Shown: positions 15,947-26,253 of the stretch, in pieces
Layout of the letters: every line of letters starts with the position of its first letter
Position numbering within the stretch: the first letter of the stretch is position 1
DNA from: Patulibacter sp.
Lineage (GTDB): Bacteria > Actinomycetota > Thermoleophilia > Solirubrobacterales > Solirubrobacteraceae
Assembly: GCA_023268575.1 (NCBI GenBank)
Contig: JALRCL010000045.1
Location: forward strand, 1 to 39,735
Length of the DNA stretch: 39,735 nucleotides
Direction: 5' to 3'
The notes under the pieces: model-generated
Databases searched by the model: none
Seen by the model: the letters and a program-made list of their open reading frames with translations, nothing else
Told to the model about the DNA's origin: nothing
Position numbers and translations under genes: made by a program

Positions 15947-17059
15947 CTACTTCAGCCCGTAGATCCGCCGGACCCGCCGCGCATACGCCGCCATCTTCGA
16001 CGCATCCCCCGACACATCGATCGCACCCCGGCCACCGAACCGATAGTGATTCGAGTTCGTCGTATGCACCGGATCAACGTGATCCCAATACTCGTTCTCG
16101 CGGACCGTCAACCCCATCTGCTCCGCCAGCTTCCCCAGAGCACGAGTCGCCTTCGGCCCCGACCCAGCCACGTGCACATGATTGCTGTGGTTGCCGATCG
16201 CACCGATCGACTGCTGGTTCTTCCAGCCGCCCTGCGGGTCGTAGAACAACTCCTTCAACGTCCCCCCACGGCCCTTCAGCCCAGGCAGCACTCCGCCCGT
16301 CGCCGAGGACCCACCCGCCTGCTGACCGGCCGCCGGCCGCCGAACCGTCGTCGCCGGATCACGCACCGTCCGCGACGTCGTCTTCGTCCCCTGAAACTGC
16401 GCCGGATCGACCGAGTCCGGCAACACCGACGCCAAGAACCGCATCTGCGGACCGCCACCAGACCACCCCTCGAGGATCTGCCGGAGCTGCATCCCCTTCG
16501 CGGCCTTCTCGTATCCGGCCTGGTCGAACGTCGGGGTCGTGGTCTGCACCGTCCGGACCGCACCCGGCACCGTCACCGTCCGCCCACCCGGAGAGGCGGA
16601 CCCCGTCGACGTGTCACGGCCGCCGCCCTGCGTCTGGCCCATCAGCGACCGCAGCACGGAGCCGCCGTTGTACCCAGAACTCGCCCACCCCGACTTCACG
16701 AGCGCCTGAATCTGCGCTTCGGCGCCCTTCCCGGCAGTCGACAGGATGCGCGTGATGCCAGCCGCCGGACGCCCATAGGACTTCGACACGGGGCCCCTGC
16801 CACGCATCCAGTCCGCACTGGCCTTCGCTGCCGACCGCGGGTCGCCCCACACATTCGACTTGAAGCTCCCGCCGGACGCAACGAGCGTGTCGGTGTTGCC
16901 GATGTTGAGCCAGTTGTTGTAGCCGCGGCGGTCGTAGTTCTTCGCCGCAGAGCCGTTCTGCTCGGCCAGCATCCACGCACCGACGAACCGCCGGTCAAGG
17001 CCGGTCTCGCGAGCGAACTGGTCGCGAAAGATCTGCTGGTTGCGAGTGAGCGCCGCCAT
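15947..17059 (-). CDS. Virion-associated peptidoglycan hydrolase (lysozyme-like domain plus permuted M15-like peptidase)
   Basis: AWMLAEQ...NNWLNIG N-terminal domain; NHSNHVHV and NSNHY...AIDV C-terminal motifs; last gene of the virion operon. Confidence 0.7.
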   Translation of the reverse strand: MAALTRNQQIFRDQFARETGLDRRFVGAWMLAEQNGSAAKNYDRRGYNNWLNIGNTDTLVASGGSFKSNVWGDPRSAAKASADWMRGRGPVSKSYGRPAAGITRILSTAGKGAEAQIQALVKSGWASSGYNGGSVLRSLMGQTQGGGRDTSTGSASPGGRTVTVPGAVRTVQTTTPTFDQAGYEKAAKGMQLRQILEGWSGGGPQMRFLASVLPDSVDPAQFQGTKTTSRTVRDPATTVRRPAAGQQAGGSSATGGVLPGLKGRGGTLKELFYDPQGGWKNQQSIGAIGNHSNHVHVAGSGPKATRALGKLAEQMGLTVRENEYWDHVDPVHTTNSNHYRFGGRGAIDVSGDASKMAAYARRVRRIYGLK

Positions 17060-20000
17060 CAGGGACCGATCCCCAGCCCGCCAAGGCCGCCACCAAGACC
17101 GCCGCCCATCCCACCAAGCGACGACCCCTTCTTCTTCGGCTTCCCAGCCTTCCGCTGACCCTCATACGCCGCCGACGACAACACCGAGTCACGCAGCTTC
17201 GGATTCGGCACCAGCGGCACCGTCTGCCCCAGGATCGTGTCCAACACCGAATGCTCCCGCGCCGCCCTCTTGCGCTTCTCGTTCGCCTCGATCGTGTCCT
17301 TCCGCTTGTACGGGTACGGCTGGAAGTCCCACGGCAACGACGTATCCGTCGGCTTGCCCTTGTCCTTGTTCAGCAGCGTGTCGAGCGTCCGCCACGGCCA
17401 CGTCGTCTGCCCCAACTTGCTCAGCGTGTAGCGGCCCGTATCCACCAGGTTCATCGGGTTCGACCGATCATCGATCGCGCCCTTCGCGTTCGAAAGCTTC
17501 CCGCCCGTGAAGATGCTCGAGTTGCTCATCCCCTCGATCAGCGCCTTCGTCAGCGGCGACATCAAACCGGACGACGCCTTCAACGCGTTCCCGCCGCCCG
17601 CGGCCTGCTCGATCGCGTCGAGCGCCGGCCCCGAGATCGGGTTCAAGAACGACACGTCGAACATCCCGAGCTTGTTGTCGGTGATCACCTTCGCCGCCAG
17701 CATCTCCGGCGACTCGAGATCCAGGCCCTCCCGCTTGGCGTACTCCTTCAGCATCCGGTCGCGCTCCCTCGCCTGCATGCCCGACAACTGCAGGAACGCC
17801 GCCAGCATCACGGGATGCTCAAGGGGGAGGGTGTGCAGCAGCAGCTTCGTCGAGAACCGCACGAACCCGTAGAACGGGATGAACGGCCGGATCGCGCGCA
17901 GCTCGGCCTGCGTGTAGTTCGCGAAGTCGCCCAGGAACTTCGTGCCGACCGTGTGGTACTCGCGCATCGTCTGCCGCCACTCTGGCGACCGCTGCAACTC
18001 CGTGAACTCGGCGTCGGGCAACTCGAACGCCGCGGCGACGGGCCCCGTCTTCTTCGCGACCGTCCCGGCGGCCCTGGCCTCCCGCTTCGCGCGACGGGCC
18101 GCACGAGCGTCCGTGGCGGCGAGAACCATCGTGCGGGACAGGCGGTCCTGCCACGCATCGATCATCAGGTTCAGATCGCGGTTGACCTTGAACGGCAAGA
18201 ACGGCGTCTTGATGGCGGTGCGCGCAGCGACGGACAGGTCACCCTTTCGGTCGATGGAGTGCCGCGGCGACACGAGATAGTCGCGAAGGCTCGAGCCGCC
18301 CATCAGCGCCGGCCACGCCTTCACGAACGCGGTCTGCTGCCGGCGGACGTTCGCCGCGAAATCGCCCGACGACGGGGTACGAACGGCGTCCTCGGATCGC
18401 GACTGAAACCCGAGGGTGTCGGCGATCTCGTTGAACGTGCGCGGGCGGCTCTTCCGGCCCTTTCGGATCTGGTTCCACGCACGCCAGAACTCCGGTGTCA
18501 CCCACTGCCCGCCGACCTGCACCACAGCCACCGGCATCTGCTGCAACGCCTGCCGCACACCGTACGCCGGGTTCGATCCAAGGATCGCCTGCGACTGCCA
18601 GCTCGTCAGCTTTCCCCACTCGCGCGCGATCTTCGTCGCCGGACCCATGTCCCGGCGCATCTCCTCCATCACCGCACGCGGCACCACAAAGAACTTCTGG
18701 CCCGTCTCCGCCCACTGCGGAACCGCCGCGTTCGGGTCAGGAAGGTCGTGCACGCCACCAGCGTCCGGCGACCCATCCGCCAACATCCCCGTGTCGCCGC
18801 CCTGATCAACCTCCGGCGCCCCATCCACGCTCTTGTGGCGGCCGTCGATGCGCTTCGGCGTCCACGCCACCCAGTCCTGGCCGTCCAGCAACAGGCCCTT
18901 CTCCTGCTGACGGCCGACCATGTGCCGGAACTCGGCCCACGTGACGCCCTCACCGTTGTTCTTCGACCACTCCGGCACGTGATCGGTGAACAGCTCGTCG
19001 ACCATCCGCCACTGCTCAGACCGCTTGATGCTCTGCATCAACCCCTGGCTGTACGCAGCATCCGACAGATCCCGCACCCCGAGCCGCAGGAACGTCATGT
19101 TCGACTTCTTCGGACCCGGCACCGCGCCACGCTCAGCGCCGCCCGTCGTGTACGCCCCCGTCCCGCCGGTCGTGACGTCACGGTGCAGGAAGTACACCGG
19201 GTCCGACAGATCCAGACCGACCTGCTCCGCTCGTCGCTGCGTCCGCGCAGCGAACCGCTCAGCGACCCGCATCCGCGCCGCATCGAGACCACCCTCGGCG
19301 ACCTCCGCACCGACGCGCTGCACCGCACCCCGCAGCCGACTCAGGCCGCCGATCTGGCCCCTCTTCGCCTCACCCTCCCGCGCAGCCACGATCATCTCGT
19401 CAACAGCCTTCAAGGCGTTCGGCACGTCACCGTGCTGGCCGAGCAGCTCGAGCGCCTGCCGCTCAACCTCATACGCGCCGCGCGACCCCAGCCGCTCACC
19501 GGCCGGCGCGTACCGTCGGCCGAGCTGCGTCGCCTGCGACACCGAATCGGTCACTGTCCCCGCCAGCTCGCGCTGACGGACCCGCGCGTTGTTCAAGAAC
19601 GACGCGAGCTTCGGAGTCAGCACCTTCTCCGGCCGCACCTTCAGATCGTCCCTCAGCGACCGAAGCACCTTCAGATCCGACGCGCCCGCGCTGATCGCCG
19701 GAGCGACGACCTTGCGCCACAACTCCGGGTTCTCCGCCTTCACCCGCGCCTGCTCGCCCTCCACGCGCTTCAGCTCACGCTCGACGGCCGCCAGCGACGC
19801 CTTCGGGCTCTTGACGTTCACGAGTCCCTCAAGGACCGCCGCCGCCGCGTTCTGCTCACGCAGCGACAGCGCCTGCCACTCCCGCTCACCGGTCTTCACG
19901 TACTGCGCCTTCGCCCGGTTCAACCGCCGGTACGCGCTGCTGCTCGTCCACGCCACGTCACGCCGCTGCGCCGCCGCCTGACGATCAAGCACACCCCGCC

Positions 20001-21552
20001 GGCCAGCCGACAGGTGCACGACCTCGCCATCGCCGGGCATCACGCCACGAACACCCGGGCCGTACGACTTGTCGTGCAAGCGCTGCTTCACCGCATCGCG
20101 CTCCCTGCGCGTCATGCCCTTCCGCTCCACGACCTCACCGAACTGGCGATCCATCGACTCGCGCGTCTGCTTCTGCACCCTGCGAGCTCGCCGCTTGTCG
20201 AGGTTGCTCTGTGCAGCGATCGTGACGAGGTTCTTGCCCTTCCGCTGCGGCACAACGACCTTCTCCGACACCCGCAGATTCGGGCGCGGCGCGTTGATGA
20301 ACCGGTCGACCTTGCCGCCCGGCGCGACCTTCTTCGCGATCTTCCCGACCGCCTGCGTCGCGACGGTGCCACCGGACGACACCAACCCGAACGCGTCGAG
20401 AGCCTCGGGGGCGATGCCTTCCTTCTGGAGCCGCTTCTTCTTGTCGGCGTACGAGTCGTCGGCGTACCGGCGCTTGTAGTCGCCGACGGTCGCCTCGAGC
20501 GCTCCGGCGGGGTCCATGATCGACTGGATGACGCCCTGCGGGGCGTTCTTCGCCATCACGGCGAGATCCTTCGCCAACCGGGGCCCCTCCTTCACGGGGT
20601 CGTCGGCCAGCACCGACACGGCAGCAGCCGGCGTCCGCAGGATGCTCGGCACGTTCACCGGGTTCACGGACCCGCCGACACCGGCCGTCTTCAGCCCCTT
20701 CGGCAGCCCGGCGCCGCGCTGGTTCTCGGCGGCCTTGTCGAGCAGCGGGCCAACGCCACGGTCCAGAACCTCCGACGCACCCTTGCCCGCGATCGTCACA
20801 CCGGCAGCGTTCGCGGCAAGACCAGCAAGACCAGCCGGGTTCGCCGCCAACGGCAACGCCCCAGCGATCTTGCCCAACGTCTTCAGTGCCGACCCGCCCT
20901 CGTCGTCGGCCTCCCGAAACATCGGCGACACGCGGTCCCGGAAGTCCTGCTCGAACTTCCGGACCGCGACATCCGCATCGTGCGCGACGTTCGCGGCCTT
21001 CGCCTTCCGTCGCTTCTCCGGCGTGTTCGTCTGGCTCTTCCGCCGCGCGTGCGCCGCCAGAAGCAACGCGTCTTCGTCGGTGTCGTCCCCCGAGCGAACA
21101 CGGGCACGGGCCGCGCGGACCATGCGCTGCCGGTCGGCTTGGGACTGCTCCGTGTAGAACCGCAGCGCCGCATTGCGCCGCGCACGAGCAGCCCCCCGCT
21201 CAACATCGCCGCCCTGAACGTAGGACTCGATCGCCCCCGCCGCACCGGCGTTCAGTCGCTCCGCATTGAGCGACCCGCCACGCGCCCCCGACGCAGACCG
21301 CTTGCGCTGGCTGGAGGAGGGCTTCTGAATCGACCGCGGCGGCTGCGACGAGAGACGAGTCGGCGTCTCGGTGCGCCGCCCTACACCCGACGCCGCTCGC
21401 GACGGTGCCGACCCGGTCGACGCACCAGCGAACGCCTTCCCAGACGACCTGGCGGGCTTCTTGCCGCGACGTCGCCGCGGTGCGGCCTTCGGCTTCGCTC
21501 CGCTGGCCACACTGGCCGCCACCTCCGCCAGGAACCCACCCTTACGCGCCAT
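17059..21552 (-). CDS. Large internal virion / DNA ejection protein
   Basis: 1497 aa, Ala/Arg-rich and helical; in the ejection-protein position after the nozzle and fibre genes. Confidence 0.7.
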   Translation of the reverse strand: MARKGGFLAEVAASVASGAKPKAAPRRRRGKKPARSSGKAFAGASTGSAPSRAASGVGRRTETPTRLSSQPPRSIQKPSSSQRKRSASGARGGSLNAERLNAGAAGAIESYVQGGDVERGAARARRNAALRFYTEQSQADRQRMVRAARARVRSGDDTDEDALLLAAHARRKSQTNTPEKRRKAKAANVAHDADVAVRKFEQDFRDRVSPMFREADDEGGSALKTLGKIAGALPLAANPAGLAGLAANAAGVTIAGKGASEVLDRGVGPLLDKAAENQRGAGLPKGLKTAGVGGSVNPVNVPSILRTPAAAVSVLADDPVKEGPRLAKDLAVMAKNAPQGVIQSIMDPAGALEATVGDYKRRYADDSYADKKKRLQKEGIAPEALDAFGLVSSGGTVATQAVGKIAKKVAPGGKVDRFINAPRPNLRVSEKVVVPQRKGKNLVTIAAQSNLDKRRARRVQKQTRESMDRQFGEVVERKGMTRRERDAVKQRLHDKSYGPGVRGVMPGDGEVVHLSAGRRGVLDRQAAAQRRDVAWTSSSAYRRLNRAKAQYVKTGEREWQALSLREQNAAAAVLEGLVNVKSPKASLAAVERELKRVEGEQARVKAENPELWRKVVAPAISAGASDLKVLRSLRDDLKVRPEKVLTPKLASFLNNARVRQRELAGTVTDSVSQATQLGRRYAPAGERLGSRGAYEVERQALELLGQHGDVPNALKAVDEMIVAAREGEAKRGQIGGLSRLRGAVQRVGAEVAEGGLDAARMRVAERFAARTQRRAEQVGLDLSDPVYFLHRDVTTGGTGAYTTGGAERGAVPGPKKSNMTFLRLGVRDLSDAAYSQGLMQSIKRSEQWRMVDELFTDHVPEWSKNNGEGVTWAEFRHMVGRQQEKGLLLDGQDWVAWTPKRIDGRHKSVDGAPEVDQGGDTGMLADGSPDAGGVHDLPDPNAAVPQWAETGQKFFVVPRAVMEEMRRDMGPATKIAREWGKLTSWQSQAILGSNPAYGVRQALQQMPVAVVQVGGQWVTPEFWRAWNQIRKGRKSRPRTFNEIADTLGFQSRSEDAVRTPSSGDFAANVRRQQTAFVKAWPALMGGSSLRDYLVSPRHSIDRKGDLSVAARTAIKTPFLPFKVNRDLNLMIDAWQDRLSRTMVLAATDARAARRAKREARAAGTVAKKTGPVAAAFELPDAEFTELQRSPEWRQTMREYHTVGTKFLGDFANYTQAELRAIRPFIPFYGFVRFSTKLLLHTLPLEHPVMLAAFLQLSGMQARERDRMLKEYAKREGLDLESPEMLAAKVITDNKLGMFDVSFLNPISGPALDAIEQAAGGGNALKASSGLMSPLTKALIEGMSNSSIFTGGKLSNAKGAIDDRSNPMNLVDTGRYTLSKLGQTTWPWRTLDTLLNKDKGKPTDTSLPWDFQPYPYKRKDTIEANEKRKRAAREHSVLDTILGQTVPLVPNPKLRDSVLSSAAYEGQRKAGKPKKKGSSLGGMGGGLGGGLGGLGIGP

Positions 21553-22944
21553 CTACTTCAAGAAGTCGAGCAAGCCACCAGCAGCGTTTCCGAGGAACCC
21601 GCTACCCGCCTGAGTCCGCCGCTTCATCGACGACGGCGGAGACCCACCAAACCGCGCCCGGTACTGCCGGACCGTCTCCACGCTCAACCCGCCCTTCCGC
21701 AGCTCGCCGACCATCTTCCGCAGCAGCGGATCGGTCGCCTCGCCGGCCTTCCCGGACAGCACGATCGAGTTCAGCCGGCCCCGCTCCGTCTTCGTCGCAT
21801 CCCACAGCTTCTGACGGTCCGACTTCGACGCCTTCCCATTGCGCGTCTGATCACGAAGACGAGCGATCTGCTCCCGCGACGCACGATTCGCCGCAGCCGT
21901 CGCCGCCGTCCGCTTCGAGTTCGCGTTCGACTGCGCGTTCGTGCGCTGATTGTTCGCAGCCGACGTCGCATTCGTCCGCTGGTTGTTCGACGACGACGTC
22001 GCGTTGTCCGCATCGTTCATCGCGACCCGCGCCCGACGGTCCATCTCCTTCTGCTGCGCATCCGACAGCAACGTCTGCGTCGCCAGCGCCGTCTGCGCAC
22101 CCTGCGACCGCATGTTCAGCAACGTGTCCACCAACCCGCCCTGCGCCTTATCCAACGCGCTCGAGCGGCCCTGGTTGATGTCGCGAAGCTGGTTGTTCGT
22201 CTGCGCCTGAAGATCCTTCTGCGCCTCCGCGCCACGCACCCCAGCCAGCGCATGGATCTGTCGCATCAGCGCATCCGCGGACGCAGCATTCGTGGCCTGC
22301 TGATCCAGCGAGATCTGCGACCTAGCCGCTCCACGGGCCTGCTGCGTTGCGAGCTCGTTCGCGAAACGCGCCCCGCTGCCGCCGTCGAGACCCGCGCCGC
22401 GAACGGACGCATCATGCGCTGCGTCTGCGTTGACCTGGCCCGCGTAGTTCTGCAACGCCTGCTGGTACGCCGCGTTCGCCTGTCCGATCCGTTCACGCGC
22501 CTGCGCCTGCGACGCCGCGCCACCCTGAATCTGCTCACCGAGCTTCGCGATCAACGACTCGTACCCCGTGCGGGCCGCGTCGACCTGGTTCTTGCCGCGC
22601 TGCTCCGCCTCCGCGTACTGGCGGTCGAAGTCGCGCATCACCGGCCGGATCTGCGACTGCTGCAACGCGTTCGCGGCATCCACCGCATCGCGGCCGTTCA
22701 TCGGCGCAAGCGGATTGGCCATCAGCCGCACGAGCGCGTCGTTACGCATCTCCTCGGCCGTCTTCGCGGGCGCGACCTTCGGCGTCCTCACCTTCGGGGC
22801 CTTCGGCCGCTTCGGCTTCGGAGACGGGTTCGACACGCGGTTCGCGCCGGTCGGCCGCTCGTTGATGGACACCGGCGGACGCTTCGGCGCCGGGACACGC
22901 CGGATGCCGACCGCAGTCGGGTTCGTCGAGAACGCCCCGGCCAT
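21553..22944 (-). CDS. Putative ejection protein (Ala/Gln/Asn coiled coil)
   Basis: ATG 22944 (TGATG); NNQRTNA 11-aa repeats. Confidence 0.65.
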   Translation of the reverse strand: MAGAFSTNPTAVGIRRVPAPKRPPVSINERPTGANRVSNPSPKPKRPKAPKVRTPKVAPAKTAEEMRNDALVRLMANPLAPMNGRDAVDAANALQQSQIRPVMRDFDRQYAEAEQRGKNQVDAARTGYESLIAKLGEQIQGGAASQAQARERIGQANAAYQQALQNYAGQVNADAAHDASVRGAGLDGGSGARFANELATQQARGAARSQISLDQQATNAASADALMRQIHALAGVRGAEAQKDLQAQTNNQLRDINQGRSSALDKAQGGLVDTLLNMRSQGAQTALATQTLLSDAQQKEMDRRARVAMNDADNATSSSNNQRTNATSAANNQRTNAQSNANSKRTAATAAANRASREQIARLRDQTRNGKASKSDRQKLWDATKTERGRLNSIVLSGKAGEATDPLLRKMVGELRKGGLSVETVRQYRARFGGSPPSSMKRRTQAGSGFLGNAAGGLLDFLK

Positions 22945-23693
22945 CAGACCTTCACGCCCTTCCACGCCTGCAACTGCCGGCGCATCGCATCATTGAACGC
23001 CATCGACGGGGCCGCTACAGGCTTCGCGTCCGCCTGGTTCAACGCAAACCGCGTCTCCGGCGGCAGGTCCACCGGCTTGTTGCCAGCGCCCTCGATGTAC
23101 CGAGCGAGAGCCTCCTTGTACGCATCAGCGATACCTGAATCGAACGCCGAGTTCGCCTCGGAGGTCTGCTTGGCTCGAGCTTCCTCCGCGTCATTGAACT
23201 GGGTGTCGAGCCCCGCGGCGCGCCGCCCGAAGTCGATGTCGATGTCGCCGAGACGTTCACCGAGAATTCCGCTGTAGAAGAGCCCCTGCTTGTTCGCCGA
23301 CCTGGTCGTGGACGTCCGGGTCTTCCCCTTCGTCTCGTCGAGCATGTCCTTCGCGGCCTTGAGATCAAGCGCGTCGCGCTTCCCCGCCGTCTCGACACCC
23401 GACAGCGTGTCCGCCCTGGCCTTCCGCAGCCGCGCCTCGGTGTCGAGGTACGTCGTGTCCTGAAGCGGATCGAAACCCGCGTTGGCGGCGGGTGCCGCAG
23501 GCGCTGCGGGCGCATCGCGCAGCATGCTGACTGCGCCCATGAGTGGCGAGCCGGCTTGGGGCATCGCGGCGCCGAACGCGTTGGTCGCCTTGGGCTTCGT
23601 ACCGAGCGAAGCAACCGGCTTCGACTGGCCGAAGTTCCCGCCTAGCGACGCCGCAGGCTTCGACTGCCCGAACGTCAGAGTCTTCTTCGCCAT
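22944..23693 (-). CDS. Putative ejection / internal virion protein
   Basis: Helical; GLFYSG motif; duplicated FGQSKPxASLG at the N-terminus. Confidence 0.65.
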   Translation of the reverse strand: MAKKTLTFGQSKPAASLGGNFGQSKPVASLGTKPKATNAFGAAMPQAGSPLMGAVSMLRDAPAAPAAPAANAGFDPLQDTTYLDTEARLRKARADTLSGVETAGKRDALDLKAAKDMLDETKGKTRTSTTRSANKQGLFYSGILGERLGDIDIDFGRRAAGLDTQFNDAEEARAKQTSEANSAFDSGIADAYKEALARYIEGAGNKPVDLPPETRFALNQADAKPVAAPSMAFNDAMRRQLQAWKGVKV

Positions 23694-23695
23694 CG

Positions 23696-23995
23696 CTACT
23701 TCGCCCTCACAACCCAGGTTTGCGCCGCGACGGGCTCTGTGCCCGCCATGTCCGGCACGTTGAACGTCGTCGACCCGTCACCGGGCCCGTACGTGATCCC
23801 GATCTCCAGGAAGAGGTCTCGGTACCGGGAACGGGAAAGTGCAGACCCGTCCGCGACAACCCACCCATCTGGGATCGCGCCGCTCGAGATCAGCTTCGGG
23901 TCTCCGAGGCCCGGCAAGAGGCTCTTGTTCTGAACTTCGTCCCAGTTCTCCCGGCACCCCGGGGTCTCAACACGACTGACCGGCAACCGCGCCAT
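23696..23995 (-). CDS. Phage tail collar domain protein
   Basis: IPDGWVVADGSALSRSRYRDLF...YGPGDGSTTFNVPD. Confidence 0.92.
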   Translation of the reverse strand: MARLPVSRVETPGCRENWDEVQNKSLLPGLGDPKLISSGAIPDGWVVADGSALSRSRYRDLFLEIGITYGPGDGSTTFNVPDMAGTEPVAAQTWVVRAK

Positions 23996-24663
23996 CAGCC
24001 AACCCTCAACGGCGTCACGAACAACCGAGGATCAGCCACCGAACCCGGCGTCGACCCGCCAACCGCCCGCTGAAACCCCAACGCGACCGTCGTCGGCGCC
24101 GCGACCGTGAACGCCGTATCAACCGGAACGGTGTCGTCCTGCCCCGTATACGCCACCGACGGCGCCGACAGAATCACCGGGCCCGTCACGTTCGCCGGCC
24201 CGACAAACGTCGGCGAATCACCCGCCGAGACACGCGCCGTCCCCTGCGCCCGATAGTCACCCGCCAACGGGAGCGCGACGCTGCCACCGACCGTCGTCAA
24301 CGTCACCGACGTCCCCGTCGGAATCGCCGCCGACCCCGTCGCCTGATACCCGATGCTCCCGCCGCCGCCACCGATCGGAACCCACTTGTACGGCCCCGTC
24401 ATCGCCGCGACGTACCGCAACTCGATCAGGCGATTCACCGACGGCTGAAAGTTGAACAGCACCCGATCACCGTCGACCGGCGACGGCGGCAACGACGTCA
24501 CGACCGGCGGGTTCAAACGGCTCCGCGTCGCGAGCGACAGATTGTCAGCCTCCAGCATCCCGTTCACGAGATTCACGAGCTGCTGTAGCGCCGCCGTCGC
24601 GTCGACCTCCTCACCGCCGACGGGCTGCCCAACGGTCGGGATCTGCGGGTTGATCAGCACCAT
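23995..24663 (-). CDS. Short tail fibre protein
   Basis: VTSLPPSPVDGD...W motif and Thr/Val/Gly-rich beta C-terminus. Confidence 0.65.
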   Translation of the reverse strand: MVLINPQIPTVGQPVGGEEVDATAALQQLVNLVNGMLEADNLSLATRSRLNPPVVTSLPPSPVDGDRVLFNFQPSVNRLIELRYVAAMTGPYKWVPIGGGGGSIGYQATGSAAIPTGTSVTLTTVGGSVALPLAGDYRAQGTARVSAGDSPTFVGPANVTGPVILSAPSVAYTGQDDTVPVDTAFTVAAPTTVALGFQRAVGGSTPGSVADPRLFVTPLRVG

Positions 24664-24669
24664 CAGCGT

Positions 24670-26253
24670 CTAGTCCTTCCGGGCCCGAGGGCCGACGTAC
24701 AGAACGTACGAATGCAGCTGAAAATCACTGGTCGACGTGCCCCGCAACTCGACCTGCACCTCCCGCGCCAACCCGAGCGACAAGAACTGCGACTGCACGA
24801 TCGTCGACGACCCGCCCCACACCCCGGTACGCGTCTGGCCCCACGTCGCGCCGCCACGCTCATAGCCCCACTGGCCGCTCTCCGCGCCACCCGCATCAGC
24901 CAGCGCGCCCAGTTCCTGCGCGACCGTAGGAAAGTCACGCATCAGGAACACCTGCGACGACCCCAACGCGTCGAACCGCAACTCCCGCAGCCGCTTCCGC
25001 ATCGACGGATTGCCGTCCAGCACCGTCGGCGGAGACCGCCACCGAAACCGCACCGGCGCCGGGTCCTGGCCCCGCAACTGGTCCTGCCACGCGTTCGGGC
25101 GCATCAACTGCACCACCCGATACGCGTCTCCCGACAGCGTCGTCCCCAACGCCTGCAACGTCATCGCCGACGGCGCGCCAATCAGCGCATCGCGCACCAG
25201 CAGCGGATCAACGCTCTGCCCGAACGGCGCGACCTGCAAGTCGTACGCCGCGCAATCGTGGCGCCACCACGCACCCGACTCGAGATCCAGCTCGAACAGC
25301 ACCGATGGGTTCCCCGCACCGTCCGGCACCGACAGCCAGTACGACCCCTCCCAGTACGCCGCCGCCACGTTCGCCGCGGACTCCTCGTCCAACGGCAGCC
25401 CCCGCAGATCCGGAAGCACCTTGTCCGACAGCACCTTCGGCTGTCCCTGCCCGTCGGTGACCATCACCCCACGGTCCGGGTCCAGGAACACGCACCCGCG
25501 GTCCGTCGCGACAACGGAGTCGCGAAACACGGTGCCGGACTGCGACGCGATCTTGACGTTCGCGCCGGTGTCGTTGTCGTAGACCCGCCAGATGCCGTCG
25601 CGCTTGAACACCAGCAGGTACGACCCGAGCGAGCAGAGCGCGGTGATCCGGTCGCCCTGGAACGGGTCGAAGCCGTTGATCTGGGCGACCGGCCAGCTTC
25701 TCGGCTCTCCGATCTCGGACCACGCGACGTAGCAGCGTTTATCCGGGAGCGAGGAGATGTCTCCGATGTAGATCCGGTTCATGTGGGCGCACATGACGCG
25801 CCCCACTGGAACCGCGCCGGAAGTAGCCGTCCACGTTCCGAACGTCGCCCCGTCGTAGTAGCGCTGCTCAACGTCGGACATCAGAAACAACGGGCCCTGG
25901 CCGTCCTGCTGCATCGCGCTCGCCCATGCCCACCGCCACGGAGCCGTCGTCGTCGCCGCCGTCACCGCACCCGGCGCACCACCCGGCTCCAACACCTGAA
26001 GACTCGTGCCCAACGCCACGACCTTCGTCGTCGCACCAGCGCGATAGATCGCCAGCTTCCGCGGCTGCGACGCGAAGTTCGTGCCATCCGACAGATCCAC
26101 GAACCCGTTGCGCTTCCGCACCGACCCCCGCAACGAGCCGCGCACGTTCATGCAATCCGGCGTTTCGGACGGCCCGAGCTCGTACGGCGCGGCCTGCGTG
26201 TTCAGGCCCCCCGAGAACCCGCGAAAGACGACAGGCGCACCGCGCGCCATCAC
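24670..26253 (-). CDS. Tail nozzle / tail tubular B-like beta-propeller
   Basis: GFSGGLNT...CMNV N-terminus; NRIY; VAWSEIGEPRSW; LLVFKRDGIW. Confidence 0.8.
   Translation of the reverse strand: MMARGAPVVFRGFSGGLNTQAAPYELGPSETPDCMNVRGSLRGSVRKRNGFVDLSDGTNFASQPRKLAIYRAGATTKVVALGTSLQVLEPGGAPGAVTAATTTAPWRWAWASAMQQDGQGPLFLMSDVEQRYYDGATFGTWTATSGAVPVGRVMCAHMNRIYIGDISSLPDKRCYVAWSEIGEPRSWPVAQINGFDPFQGDRITALCSLGSYLLVFKRDGIWRVYDNDTGANVKIASQSGTVFRDSVVATDRGCVFLDPDRGVMVTDGQGQPKVLSDKVLPDLRGLPLDEESAANVAAAYWEGSYWLSVPDGAGNPSVLFELDLESGAWWRHDCAAYDLQVAPFGQSVDPLLVRDALIGAPSAMTLQALGTTLSGDAYRVVQLMRPNAWQDQLRGQDPAPVRFRWRSPPTVLDGNPSMRKRLRELRFDALGSSQVFLMRDFPTVAQELGALADAGGAESGQWGYERGGATWGQTRTGVWGGSSTIVQSQFLSLGLAREVQVELRGTSTSDFQLHSYVLYVGPRARKD

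Noticed and set aside
17059-21552. 1497-aa protein as a tape measure protein or virion RNA polymerase
   Set aside because: No tail tube or chaperone context and no polymerase motifs recognised; an ejection protein fits the gene order better.
17251-23277. Very long plus-strand ORFs (2008 aa here; also 5271-7205, 27454-29472, 30225-32156, 34096-37068)
   Set aside because: Antisense shadows of real minus-strand genes in high-GC DNA; Arg/Leu/Pro-rich with no motifs.
23590-23675. Duplicated FGQSKPxASLG peptide, and NNQRTNA repeats near 21900-22000
   Set aside because: Short low-complexity repeats are ordinary in ejection proteins.
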